NCBI GenBank assembly: GCA_009103225.1
Contig: RHPI01003156.1
Span: 350,537-414,536, forward strand
Direction: 5' to 3'
DNA length: 64,000 nt
Origin: Chlorokybus atmophyticus
Taxonomy: Eukaryota > Plantae > Mesostigma and Chlorokybus algae
Part shown: one piece after another, positions 50,191 to 63,032 of the stretch
How positions within the stretch are numbered: the stretch's first letter is position 1
Layout: each line of letters opens with the position of its first letter
Translations under genes and position numbers: made by a program
Notes under the pieces: generated by a model
Seen by the model: only the letters and a program-made list of their open reading frames with translations
Told to the model about the DNA's origin: nothing
Databases searched by the model: none

Positions 50191-51954
50191 AGTTGACCCC
50201 GCTCAACCAGACTTTAACCTAGTTCAACAACCAGCTGTAGCTGGTCTTCATAGCTAGATAACATCTAGACTTCTCTGTTTATACTCTAATGTACTCTAGC
50301 TTACCACACTCTGGCTATTAAAGACCACGTTACTGTACAGTACCAAACATGTTTAGCGTAGTGCATAGCCCCCCGATGCGGCACTGCATGAAGTACTACC
50401 ACAGGTACTTTTGCGATTTATAAAGAGCCTAAGCAAGTATCAGCACTCAATCAATGCTTCAAAATGCGGGGGCTTATTTTATCAAGCCGGCACCCCATTC
50501 AATAAACCATATGTAAAACCATACAGAAAAGTCTTTAATCACGGAGTCATTCTAACACTATCAGGGAAAAAACCATGCACTTGTAACTCTTCGCTAAATC
50601 CCAAAACGTTATGCGTGATTCATGATACTGCAACATATGTTATGTTGCTACGAAGTTTGCTGCAAGTGTACGTGCCGAGTGCGCGTCATGTGCTCCCAGT
50701 GAAGTTGGGTGTGCATAATGCACAACCCGCGCAGTACTCTCAACATGACTTAAGCTAAAGCTAATTATATGATAGTATCATGTAAGTAACATTATTGAGG
50801 AATGATTGCAATGTGCATCACGCATTGTCGTGTGCAAAGCAGGGTTAACATGTCCTGGGTGGACCGCAACAAGCGCCTGACAACTGAGTCAGTGCAAGTG
50901 AGCTGCGCCGACGCTCGCGGCTCAAGGTGAGCCGCAGCAATCGACGGCCAGGACGGACCGCGCTCAGCAGATAACGCGGCAGTAACTCGCGGCCGTGCCT
51001 GCTGCGCGAGGCCACGCGTTGTGCTGGCTGTAGGGATATGATGTGGCGCAACGAGCATCGTGCAATAGCAGGCCCAGCAATCATCTGAGTCAATGTCGGA
51101 AGCCAGCTCTGACGATGCAAGCGTACCGCCGCAGGCTGCGGACTGCACACAGGGCCAGTCAATGCCGGAGGGCTAGCCAGCGTTCTGAACTTCCGACTGC
51201 ACAATACCTGCTCGCCGGCCAGTGACCACTCACTGTGACGCAGCTTGCGAATAGTTGACGGCCAAGTTGACCAGCAACGGCCACCGACGCGCCTGAGCAC
51301 CTGTCGACATCATTGATCATCGACAGTTCCTTAGCGCGCCGCACGCCAGTGAGCGGGAAATTTGCGGAGCCGACTTGACCGCATGTACGCGGCCAGACTC
51401 CACATCCAGCGCAGGTTTTCTTTCACTCGGGTTCCTCTGCTTGGGGGTGCGGCCTCTGAGCAGAAAGTTGCCAATGCAAAAGGAAGAACACGACCCAAAT
51501 CTGATAGGAAAAGACGCACGCTGGGGGGGAGCGGGAACAAAAGTATCCTGTGCCTTTTTTCCAAACTGGCGCAGATCGCAAAATATCGTAGGTGCGAGAT
51601 GATTTCTGTCAATTACAAGTGCGGTCAGAAGCAGATACGTTTGCGGCACGAGCCGCACGCAGTGGGACGGTTCGCGAGGCTGCAAAAGGGGCGACCGCTC
51701 CGCGACGACGACCGTTTCGCACAACGGAGACCAAGCGCTTGTCAATCCCGCGGCACGTCGTACCAAGCTTGATGCCGATCGGATTGCAAGCGTGGGGCCC
51801 GCGCGGGCCGGCCGCAAGGAAAACTGGCAGAGCTTTACCCTGACAACCTCGCTGCGCTGGCTCGGCGCACACTGCGGGCGAAGCTTAACCGGGAGCGCCC
51901 GGGCAGTTGGAGGCCGCCATAGCCGCTCAGCTCCCGGACCGCTGCATTCGATCG

Positions 51955-51962
51955 AAATATCT
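51955..51962 (+). promoter_or_regulatory. Evening-element core AAATATCT upstream of the PRR gene
   Basis: Exact 8-mer ~410 bp upstream of the ATG; near match AAAATATCG at 51580-51588; short motif, so chance occurrence is possible. Confidence 0.45.
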
Positions 51963-52371
51963 CGAGCTGCTTGTGTTGATACCAAAACCCCACGGTCGCA
52001 GGGCATGCCTGCGCCAAAAACCTCAATTGGGAGCTTTGCGGTCATTAGAAGTGTGATTAGTTTTAGGGTAAGCGTTTTGGTTGCTAGGTGCCAAGCTATC
52101 TGCTGCTGCTATCAAACCACTAAGCACATCAGAGCCTGGTAAGTGATACTATCGCACGTGGTGGCGGCGAGGGCGGCGTACAGGTTGACGACGGCGGCGA
52201 GGGGGGCGGCGAGCGGCAGGACTTTGGGGCGGGCCGGGGTGGGGAGAGGAGCTTGCAGGGGTGAGGGTTTAGCTGGACGTGGCTGTTCGCTTGGCGGGGG
52301 CGGGGATGGTCCTAGTCGGCGTGGGGGTTACCTAGGGCTTGAGCAACGAGGAGGGCGTCGGGGTAGAAGGT

Positions 52372-55300
52372 ATGGCCGCCGCAGCTGGAATGGCCGTGGT
52401 GGCCCCGCCGCCGGCAGCGATGCTAGTAGACGGGGTGGATGAGAGCGGACGCGCCGGGGATGCCCGGGCGGCTGCTGCTAGCGTTCATGTCTTGGTTGCG
52501 GACTCAGACTCTTCCAGCCGTGGGGTTCTGTGCAGCTTGCTGCGCAACTGCCACTACAAAGGTAAGCGTCGCTTGTACTCTTTGCTTTACACCGTAGGCC
52601 AGGCACAGCTTTCCGCCGCTGCTTTTTCGGTTGACTGCGTTGCAGGCGGGCTAGGGTTTGGGTGTGAACAGTGCAAACGCGTCTGCCGTGGTTTTGGCGC
52701 GGTGTTTGCCGTGCGTTCTTTGTCCTCGAGACTCGGCCGGCCATGTAGCAGCTCGTTCGCGTAAAACGTCCAGTCACTGCTCTCGCTTGCTGTCTCACGT
52801 GAACCCCTCACGCACAGGAATAGCTAGCTTTGACTAGGTTAGTACAAGCGGTGTTGTACCACACCGCGACGTGAGACGCTTGGCTCTGTCAGTCATCTTT
52901 TCTGTTGGCCCTATTTTCCCCACCATAGTTGGCCGTAATCAGCTGTGGAAGTAGGCAGGGCGGTAGTCTCCGGCATGTGCTTGCCTTCTGATTGGAAGCC
53001 CTGGTGCTCGAGGGTCATGAGCGCTGACGAGGGCAGCATTTGCGGGACAGATGAAACTCATCTCGTTAGTGCTTGACGCTGGGCGGTTGCACAACTTTAT
53101 GGTGGTGCTCATTCAGTGCTGTATATAGGCTGCAATTCCATCTGTGTGAGTAGGGTCGTGTTGTGAGTTACAGCGATGGTCAGTGCGATTACGAGCGGGA
53201 TGAGTTGAATGCACCTTTACCTCATTCCGTAGTGCTTGACGAGTAGGGTGCCATCCTGCTATTGGACAACTGTCGGCCGTCACATGAAGTTATTGCTGCG
53301 AGTAGTAGGTTGCTTGGCTGCGCATTTCACCCAGCTGACATACTTTATGTACAGTTACGGCTGTCAAGAATGCCCAGCAGGTCATGGAGCAGCTGGCAAA
53401 TGCTGAGCTTAAATTTGACCTGATTTTGACGGAAGTTGATGGCAAGGACGGGTTGCGGTTGCTGCGGCATGTGACAAGCAGCAGTGCGCTTCGCCGCATC
53501 CCTGTTGTTAGTAAGTACTGTTGTTAGAGGCTGAAGGGTTGCGCTGTCGCACAATGCGTGATGTTTCCCTTTTGTACCTGCAGTGATGTCCAAGTCCAAT
53601 GAAACGGAGTTGGTCGTCAAATGTTTGAAGTCTGGCGCTGCTGACTATTTGGTAAAGCCGCTCCGCAAAAACGAGCTGCGAAACTTGTGGATTCATGTGT
53701 GGAGACGTCGCAGTAAGGTGGGTAACCTAGTGTTGCCAATGCCTGCGCTGTGCAAGGTGATGGCACTGACACTCGCTTCATGGTAGGACTCTGGTTGTGG
53801 GGTGCAGCCCAAACCTGGTGCTAAGGAGGGCAGTAGTGAGCTTCTCAACGCAAGTGCAACTCATGCGTCACCTTCAACAATTGAGCCATCTGACTGCAGC
53901 AGTGTGGAGGAGGGTTCACTTGGCAGTGGTCAGCTTCTGCAGCGCGGCTCCCCATGCAAACGCTCAGCGCAAGAGCACAAGCGCAAGAGGAGCATTCCCG
54001 CAGAGGCAGCTGCTGGTGCTGCACCTGCAGCTGCGGTATGTTTCTCCGCAATGGTTGCCCTCAGACACATGCATCTCCATACGAAAGCACTGACTTGACT
54101 TATTGTGCAGGTTTCCCGGCAGCACCCAAGTCTGGATCTGTCGTTGGCGCTGAACAGTTCGTACTCCAAGCAGAAAGTGCCCCCCACATCTCAGGCCGGT
54201 GCCAGTTCACGAGTTCAAGATGCGCAGGCAGGCAGTCCGTCGGCAGCACTCAACTTACAGCGTCCACCAAAGCAGCTGCGTTTGGGCTCACCACAACCAG
54301 CACAGACGCCGAAGCTGCCCCAGGCAGCACATGCACCTGTGGACATGCCGGATGCAAGGCAGGGAGAGGCAGCAGACTTGCGGCACCCTGAGGCCAGGGA
54401 AACGGTCACTGTTAAACCTCAACCGGCAACGCAAAAGACGTCCAGTAAAGGCAACTCCCGTGGAAGCAATGCGCAGTCACCGCAAACCTGCACGTCCAAG
54501 ATGAAAGGCACCTCCAAGCAAGCAAGCAAGGACGTTGCGCATGCTGGGAAGGGTGCCCAGACCTCAATGCTAGGGAAGCCTCAGCCTGCTTCTAAAACCA
54601 TAGCGCCTAAAGTGCCGCCATCAAGTGTTGAGCTGCAATCAAGACCTCCAGCTTCCAAACATGCTGGCTTGACATCCACTGGTACAGCAGCACGTGGAGT
54701 GACAGGTGCTGCACCCTTGCGGGCTGCAGCAAAGGCGCATGGTGGCAAGTCTCATGCCCAGTCTCAGTTGACCAACAGGAGCTGTGTCAGTGCAGCTGGC
54801 AGTGTTGCCACTGCTGTGGCCTCTGAAACAGCACTGCCTGGACCTCCTAAGTCCACTGTGGACAGCTCTCGAGCCTCCCATGGCGCCCAAAGCCAACTTG
54901 CGCCGGAGGGACGCGTGCCATCAGCAGTACGGGCAAACAGCATTTCGACTAGCCATGCAAGAACACTGGATGCTAGTGCGCTCAGCATGGAACGGCTGCA
55001 CAAGATTGCTATGGACAGTCGCTTGCAACCTGGGTTTGCGATGCCAGCAACGCCCTCAACCTCCAAGGGTTACGGTGGACGATGGGAAGGAGATAGCTAT
55101 GGGTATGGCCAGTGGGATGCAGCGCAGTCTGCCATGAGGCCTGCTCCCCCAACTGCGCAAGCGACGCAGCTGCCTACACCTGCCCATCCTAACTGGCAGC
55201 CACCATCTGCATCAAATCCACCTATGTATGCTGAGGATGACCATAGCCACATGTGGTCTTCCGCGCTGCCCCCAGACTACATGTATCACTATGATAGTCA

Positions 55301-56526
55301 GCATGCATCCATGTATGGCATGGGTCCCCCTGGTCCCCCAGTGGCGCCCTCAATGGTCATGCAGGCATCGGCTGAAGGCATGGACATGGACATGTACAAT
55401 TATGCCATGGCACAGAGGCATGCAGATGCTGTGTCTGCAATGCGCCAAACTGGCATGTATGTCCCTCCTTACGGGCCATCCACGCCACAACTGCATCCAA
55501 GCCATGCTTCAATGGTACAGCCAACATATCATCGCGGTTCAGGCTACCCTTACCCGATGTATCCGTACCCATCATCTTATCACTACTCCTACGCGCCTGG
55601 CGAACTGCAGCAGGAGCGGCCAGTTAACTCTGTTTCTGCAGTCCAGCCACAACATGCGTCAACAGGTCCTCAAGCGCAGCCTGTGCAGGATGGCTTGTAT
55701 CAGCGCAGTATGCCTCTACCTGCACAAGCCAGATCCGGTGACACATTGCGGATGCAAGTATCAACAAAACAACAGTCCGGCGCGCTACCACTTGATGATG
55801 GGGCACAGGCTGCTGCGCAAGCTGCATTTCAGCAGCAGCAACATCAAGTGCTGTTCCAGCAGCAGCAACAGCTTCAGCAGCAACAGCTTCAGCAGCAGCA
55901 GCAAATGCAACAGCAGCAGCAACAGCAGATGCAGCAGCTGCAACTGCAGCAGCAACAACAGTTGCAGCAGCAGCAGTTCCAGCATCAGCAGTTTCAGCAT
56001 CAGTTCCAACAGCAGAATCCGCAGGAGCAGCAGCCAGCAGCTGTGCGACCTTTCAATCCCGTACATGATGCAAAGGCAGTAGTTGTCCCAGCCAGCGGCA
56101 ATGATCGGCCTCGCGCCAGCAGTGCAACCAATAATGTCCCTCAAGAGCGAGCTTTGCCTACTGTAACAGCCACCTGGCAAGGTGCAGAGATGCAACCACC
56201 TGTTGCAATTAACCCTGTGCATAGAGCCGAGCGGCGAGAAGCGGCCCTAAGCAGGTGGGTTGATGCTCAAATCTTGCTTTCTGTGCATGATTTTAAGTGC
56301 CTTTGTATTGACGACTTGATTGAACAGGTTCCGCCTGAAAAAGAAAGACCGATGTTTCACCAAGAAGATTCGGTACGCCACACGCAAAAAGCTAGCCGAA
56401 GCCCGACCCCGTGTTAAGGGCCAGTTTGTGAGGACAACTGAGGGAGAGACTTCGGCCGCAGCGGAGGATAGCGATGCTGCCGAAGAAGACGTTTCAGAGG
56501 ATGATGACCAGAGTGACGACGAGTAG
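52372..56526 (+). CDS. PRR: Pseudo-response regulator, TOC1/PRR1-like circadian clock protein (~1023 aa; exons 52372-52561, 53355-53510, 53584-53717, 53787-54035, 54111-56254, 56328-56526)
   Basis: All introns GT-AG and phases consistent (3072 nt). Pseudo-receiver VLVADSD...FDLILTEVD (Glu at the phospho-Asp site)...[30 protein letters not shown]; CCT domain RREAALSR|[38 protein letters not shown]1 clade assignment is tentative. Confidence 0.95.
55831..56036 (+). repeat. Coding CAG/CAA-rich polyglutamine tract within the PRR
   Basis: About 49 Gln in ~68 residues in exon 5. Confidence 0.95.
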
Positions 56527-56880
56527 TTATGCAATACTTGATTCGGTAGTGCGGCATGACAACTTCTTGTTTGTACAGCAAAGGATATTGTTATCCCCGA
56601 GGCATTCCAGAGGTTTGGAGCGTCTCATATACATTAGCCCGCCCCCCCCCTTGATAGCAGTAGCAGTCCGGAGTTTCTTTTTCCTGTGACTGGCAATAGA
56701 AGACCTTTTAACCCATGGCAAATGCAAACTAACTTGGTGTGCAGTGTATAGGGTATGTGAAGTGCTGTGTGCCTTGTTTTATATTGGCAATGTGCCTGGT
56801 TCAATCTTTGTGCTAACAGTGTTTCCTCATGCCTTACGCACCCATAACATTCATGGGTAATGCCGGCGGAGCCAGGCAGG

Positions 56881-56918
56881 TGGCCCCCAAGTACCAATGT
56901 GGCCCCCAAGTACCAATG
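56881..56918. repeat. 19-bp tandem duplication in the PRR 3' region
   Basis: TGGCCCCCAAGTACCAATG x2. Confidence 0.9.
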
Positions 56919-58790
56919 TGGATGCTGCATTGGCAGTGTGCGTTCGTGCCAGGTTGAGCAGGGTGCCAGCAGTGTCAGGTTAAGCAATGGTAATTAGTGC
57001 GGAGGACAACAATGATGGCAGGGGCTGTGTTGACAATTGCCACAATGATGGCTGCTTCGCGTGCACTGTGCATGTGGTGTACAAAAGGGGTGTGCTACTA
57101 TGCCGGCATGCATCGTGTGCCGAGACATGCAAGCGACATGCATCACACTCATGGGTGTGTACAAAGAAGGCAATGCCGTGATTTAAAATAACGTGACAAG
57201 CATGATAGAAACATGCACAACCAGCATGCCGGTGGCGGTGGCGGCATTGCACTGCACAACATTCACGCTCACCCCGCCTTGCCCATGCTCACGCCTTCCC
57301 TGCCTGTTGCTGCTGCTACTGCTGTGAAGCCGGCCTAACTTCTAGCATGCTTGCACAGGTCGGTTGCTTGCTTTCGCCTATGCCTGCCTGTTTGCCTGCC
57401 TCGCCCCCGCCTTGCATGCACTTAGACAGAGCACACATGTAGTGTAGGCCCCGTGCTTGTGGCTTCATTGTTTGCCGGCTTATCGGGGTGCTTGCTGAGT
57501 GCGTGTGTTGTTGTCGTGAGTGCTCTTTTGCATCAGTTACACCAGAACAGCCTATGCACGTATGGCATAGTGTACAGCATGTATGGAGCAGTTCATTAGA
57601 TATATGCATTTATCAACCCGTAGGCCATGGGCCAAAGCACACTGTGTACAGTAATGCTCAGTGACATGTTGGGTGTGCAACGGTGTGTGTCTTGTCTTGT
57701 ATTGTGAGCATGACACGCTGAGCATATGCAACTACGAACGTGCTCATGCATGCAGGTGTAACGTAACCATGTGGCCTGGCGTGCCTTGCTTGTTGGCTTG
57801 AGTGTTATGATCATTGTTCGCTGGTGTGTGCACAGACTGCATGCATTTGCAATATGCCTCATATCCTATGCATAGTAGTCATCAAACACTAACATTTCAT
57901 CCAGAAGTAGTAGTACACACTACAGTGTGGTGTGGTCGGCAACATGTGCGTGGGGTGTGGGGTGAGTGTGTGATGAGTGAGCGTGATGACACTGCCAGTA
58001 GCGAGCAACTGGCACTGTGCTGAACCCATGTACAACTGCGTCGGTAAGTGTTGTCTCCCTGCAGAGCGTGGCATTGGCATGTGCATACCCTTTGTTTGCG
58101 CTGTGAGGTTTAGAGTAATACAGAGGGCCCTGAGATACAAGCAGATAAAACACAATAACGATTTGTCATACTTCAGTGCTCACAGTATGTATATTATAAA
58201 TGTGCACAGGTTGTATGCGAGTGCGCTCAACCAGCCTGCTGCACACGACGAGACATCTGTACACATAAGAGGTCCAGTAATCTTAGTGGTACCAATGCAT
58301 AGGATGTTTGCACAAATGAACATGGTCCGGCTGCACACAGCATGCACGCCCACCACGTGCATAATAAGCCATAACGTCCGCAACTTCCCTCCGTCCATGC
58401 TCAAGCGTCTACAGCAGCTTTGTTGGAGTGGCTGTACGCGAATTTTGTAAGGCATGCACTCAGTACTAGATTCTGGTTGTAGCCAAGCCCCAACCCCCAT
58501 GGCGGCAGCTGGCTCCTCTGGCTGGTTTCCTCCCCCAGCGTACAATGCGGTGACACCATGCAATCTACACTGCGCTAGAAAGCTACACATGCTGGCCCAT
58601 GTGAGTCATGCTTAGCTTACAACACCACACAATACGATACAATACCTTAAAACACAATTTGTCGATGAGATATGGCACATTACAACACAACACATTACAA
58701 TACGACAATGTATGGTTCAACACAAATTATTCACTATAGAGTGGATGCACGCCCGCATGCAACAACCCCAACAACCAACATGTTGAACAG

Positions 58791-61700
58791 TCATTTTATT
58801 GCATGTCTCAAACGAGAAGTTTGTGTTTGTTGCCTGCCTACAGCATCCTGTGAGGCGCAACCCTCCAAGGGTGCAGGGTTGATATTGACCGGTTGTTGCG
58901 ATGACAATTTCCCCGTGCAGTTGAACTCGCGTGCAAAAGCCCTCCCCAACTCTTCCCCCGTGGCAAACGCGACATCCGCAATCTCTTTGATAAAAGGGTT
59001 GCGCTCATACCCGCAGTACTCTACTTGCGAGGGAGCAAATATGTTGGCCATCTTGTCGGCAAAAGCCTTCGCGGCCCGTGGGTCCGCAAACCCACACGGC
59101 GAGAAGGATAAAAGGTCCTCGGCACCGATTTCAACCACCCGCTCCGGGATATCAACCTTTCCCGCAGCATCAAAATTAGCTCCAAGTGGGAGGACAACGA
59201 CCCTCTTGTTGGCGCTCGGCATGTGCTTACGGTTGTTACTCGCACCGATGGACAACACCACGCGTGGAGAGTCGCGGACCTCTTTTGGAACTTTGGGGTT
59301 GGACATAAAAGAGGGCTCACGAAACTTGAGGGCGACGTAGTACCACGGCTCGATATCAAAGAGCTGGTCCAAGGGCGTCGGGAATGGCAGCGACTGTACA
59401 CAACACCACTCAATAAGTGCTCCATGTTGGGCTCAACAGTAAGGGCTAATGCGTGCTGCTGCTGTAGACTGGCAAGATTGTGGTCAGTCTTGATTGTGAT
59501 CACGACAACCCCTATAGGCTCACCATTAGGCCCGCGCCATTCATGCGGCCGTCGCGTGACATCCACCAGTCGCGGTCGTGGAAAGACCACAACTGCGGCA
59601 GAACCAACGTGCGCCCGCTTGCCTCCGACACTGCCATTGCCGCCCTCAACACCCGCCTCTGCGTTGGACACACGCACACACACATACGCATGTTGGTGAG
59701 AACTAACTGACATGCCAGTGTGCCACGGCACTAGATGGATAGTGCTGTTGATGCCTATGTAATGGTGGCTGACTCACCTGTGCTATTTGCACGTCGCAAT
59801 GCGGCTTTGCTGGGTCCATCGCCGCTCTTAGATTGATGGTGCCTGTAGGCGAGATGAGGCATATGTACGAAGCGAAGGCAAGCAACTGCACGCAGTAGTG
59901 CAAACCAACCTGGCGGGATGATGTGAGCTGGATGCCAGCAGACTTTGCGGCCATTGAACGCGACGGGTGTGTCCTCAGGCGTGCAATCGCGCACTGCACG
60001 CGGATACGAGTCCACTTGCAGAGCCCGTTCAATCACGCCCTCCAGTCCCGTCACCACCACAAACTTGCCGTCCCTGCATGTAGTTGTTGTGTACGTACGT
60101 GTGCCTGTCTGTGCATTGACAGTATTAATGTGTCGTTGCACAAGAAGTAGCAGCAGCAGTCCTACCGATAGTACTCGTCAGGATCGACCAGCCACAATCC
60201 CGCCTCCCGCAATCGCTGCCTCTTGCCAAACATATATGTTGGCGAGTCCTGTAGAGAACACATGCATGCTGTCGTAAAGCAAAGCATACACATGCGCACA
60301 CACACACAAGCACATGCTCACATGCACACACAGCGATCCACGCAATGCAATCTTGTACATACCCCAAACTGGTAGGTGCAGTGGACATTCAGCACGTCCC
60401 GGCCCTGTATCCTCTGGACAAAGTAAGTGTGCCCGCCGACAAACTTGAGTATCGGCAGAATGCCGACAGTTACTCTGCCGCCCCACATGTAGAACACCTC
60501 GCGGGCACCCTCGGCCTCGTGCGCCTCGTACGCCCGCAGCGCTGCGGCCCGCAGCTCCGTTTGCCTCTCTGGTGTCCCACCAGGCCAGTCCGACACGCCT
60601 TCCGTTGTGTTGTACGGCCGCAGACTGTTGATAAACGCATGTGTGCATGTGCATGTGCGTGTGTGCAAGTGTGCGCACGCGAGAGCGTGTGCATTATTAG
60701 CCAAGTATGACACTTCAGCAGTGAGCTTACGGCCAGTCTTCATACGGTAGGACGCATGCAGGCGAGCGGCACTCCACGCCTACTCCATAGCCGCCTAAAA
60801 GATTGCAACAGGATAAGAAAGCATGGTGTAATGCAGACAACATACCAACATGTGGCCACAGGCAGATGCAATTGCACACAGGTACACGCCCCTCTGCACA
60901 AGATATACGCACGCTCATGCCCATCGACATTCACGCGCTCAATCATGCAGGCGCATGCTCGCACAGCACATGGACGTTGCACATGCACTCATTCGCACAC
61001 AGCTGTCAGGAGCGGTGTTGATGTTGGGTTTGATTTATCCTTGACATACCTCTCAGTATGCGGTTGAATTCCATCTGATCATGGCCATCAGTCGTTTCCA
61101 TCGAGCGCTTCTGCCACTCTGCGCACAGCGCTATGCTCGCAGCAGTGCTCCTGCATCATTACCACACAGCATGCTAAGGAGCTGGGGTTGGTTGCTTACT
61201 AGATGTAACATTAGGAGGTTGCATGTTGTCCTCACCGCATGAAGAGGACGCCGGTGTTGATCTCCTGCTGCATCACGTCCGCCTTCATGTCCATCACGCG
61301 ATTGATGCAGTCGGAAGTGACCAACACGTCTGCATGCTGGAAGAACCTGAATTCACACAAGGTATACGCTCCATTAATCAAGCTTTGCCACAAGAAACGC
61401 ATGCTTGCAGAACACACGTTGTATGCATACATGACCAAGGGTTGCGCGTACTCGCACGCACACGCACATGCATACGTACACCCTCCCACTCGCTAACATC
61501 GAGCGTGTCTTACACACGCTGTAGACAAATTTGCATGAATCTGCCGACATCATGTTTATTCACACGACAACACGCTATGACCACGTGCACACGTACTTTG
61601 CTTCAGGTAGTTTGGTTGGCACGCCGGTGCGGCCGAGGAGGGGCCAGGGGTTGCCGAGCCAGACTGTGTCGGCATCGGAGACCAACACATCATATCCTTT

Positions 61701-63032
61701 GGCCAACAGCATGCGCAGAAACTCCGCCTTGACAGCGCCCATCTTCTTGAAGGCTTGAAAGTCATTCCGATAGTACTGTTTGGAGCTGAGAACCTGCTTG
61801 ACCTTGCCTATGTTCAAACTGGTGTCGCCAATAATTTCGGCACCGCGCGCGGATATCACCGAGAAGCCGAGGGCCTCGCACGCCAACATGAGCTCCTCGT
61901 CCATTGCAATTACAACGTACGGCGTGAGCCCCGGGTGCTTCCGTACGTGTTGGACCCAGTTGATGATGAAGTCTTTCACGGCCACGCTCCCGAACACAAC
62001 TGTTAGCGACTCGGGTGGGGGCGGCAACACCCGTGCCCATTCCGTGTTTATGTCCTCTTGTTCACGCCTCGGCCTGCTGTCTGGCACTGTTGCGTTGGAT
62101 TGTGTGGGTGTACTTGTTGGCGGGCTTGTCGTTGATGTTGAGGTGGGTTTGGACACGTCGCTGATGATGGCGGTTTCCCTGTTCACAACGATAACAAGTG
62201 TTTTCCAACTTGTCTACCACATGCGCATAAGGTTTGTAGATTGTTGGGACTTGCCTCTCAACCACCGTGACTTGCGTTGGGACACGGTGTACTGCTGTAT
62301 TGGCATCGGTTGTTGCATAACCCATATGCTGCGCAAGTAGACTTGAAGTGGAGTAAACTCGTTGAGACGTTGTAATCTTGTGTGCATGCATTTTCACATG
62401 GCAAGACACAGGCGTGCACTCCCGCCCGCACACGCACTCACACACATGCGCACTTGTGCTGGACATGAGTTCAACACAAGTAACGGGCAAAATGACTTGC
62501 TCACCTCCAAAGCTTGCAGCTCTGTTCTGGGGTCAACATCTGCTCAACCGACCACAATTACATAGGCGATGAGTACCACAACTTTGTGCATGCATTGCAC
62601 TCACCTTTAGAACAAAGCAAACATGCGTGAGCCAAAGCTTGCGACAGAACAGCCTGCTAGTTGATTGTGCTAATCACAGAGTAAGCATACAGTTGCAACA
62701 ACTCTGTGTTAAGTCAAGAAAATCGACGTACGTGTGAATGAGTGGTTTTTAACATATAATTGCAAGACTGACTGACTGAACATTCAATGAATGTAGTGAG
62801 TAAGCAAATGAGCGAGTTCAGTGAATGCCGAATAAACTGGCCCCAACTGCAACGGACCGGATTCACGGAAGCCTTGGAGTGCATTCTGTTGGCGCTGAGT
62901 CAGCAGCAACAGCGCCACTGAAGCCGTTGCCAGCGCCATCACCGCCAGCATTCCTCGCCGCCTCCTCCCCCATCCTGCTCCTCCTGCACCCCCACCTCCT
63001 CCCGCCGCCGCCGCCGCTTGCGCCCCAGGCAT
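58791..63032 (-). CDS. GT77 nucleotide-diphospho-sugar transferase, XEG113-like arabinosyltransferase (type II membrane)
   Basis: N-terminal RRRR plus TM (ATG 63032). In-phase GT-AG exons 62178-61591, 61336-61236, 61150-61050, 60794-60731, 60624-60363, 60248-60166, 60073-59910, 59842-59778, 59658-59524, 59393-58791 give VLVSDADTVWLGNP (DxD), NTGVLFMRST, HDQMEFN, FVGGHTYFVQ, VHCTYQFG, GKRQRLREAGLW, GRTLVLP, LPFPTPLDQLF. Exons between 63032 and 62178 and the true last exon are unresolved. Confidence 0.88.

Noticed and set aside
50792-52142. ORFs of 116-242 aa upstream of the PRR gene
   Set aside because: GC-rich promoter/5' UTR region, no domains, overlapping on both strands.
54105-56417. 770-aa ORF as a stand-alone gene
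   Set aside because: It is exon 5 of the PRR; its C-terminus is intron read-through, and the CCT domain continues in another frame after splicing.
58672-59731. Overlapping 158-236-aa ORFs
   Set aside because: Antisense or out-of-frame shadows of GT77 exons.
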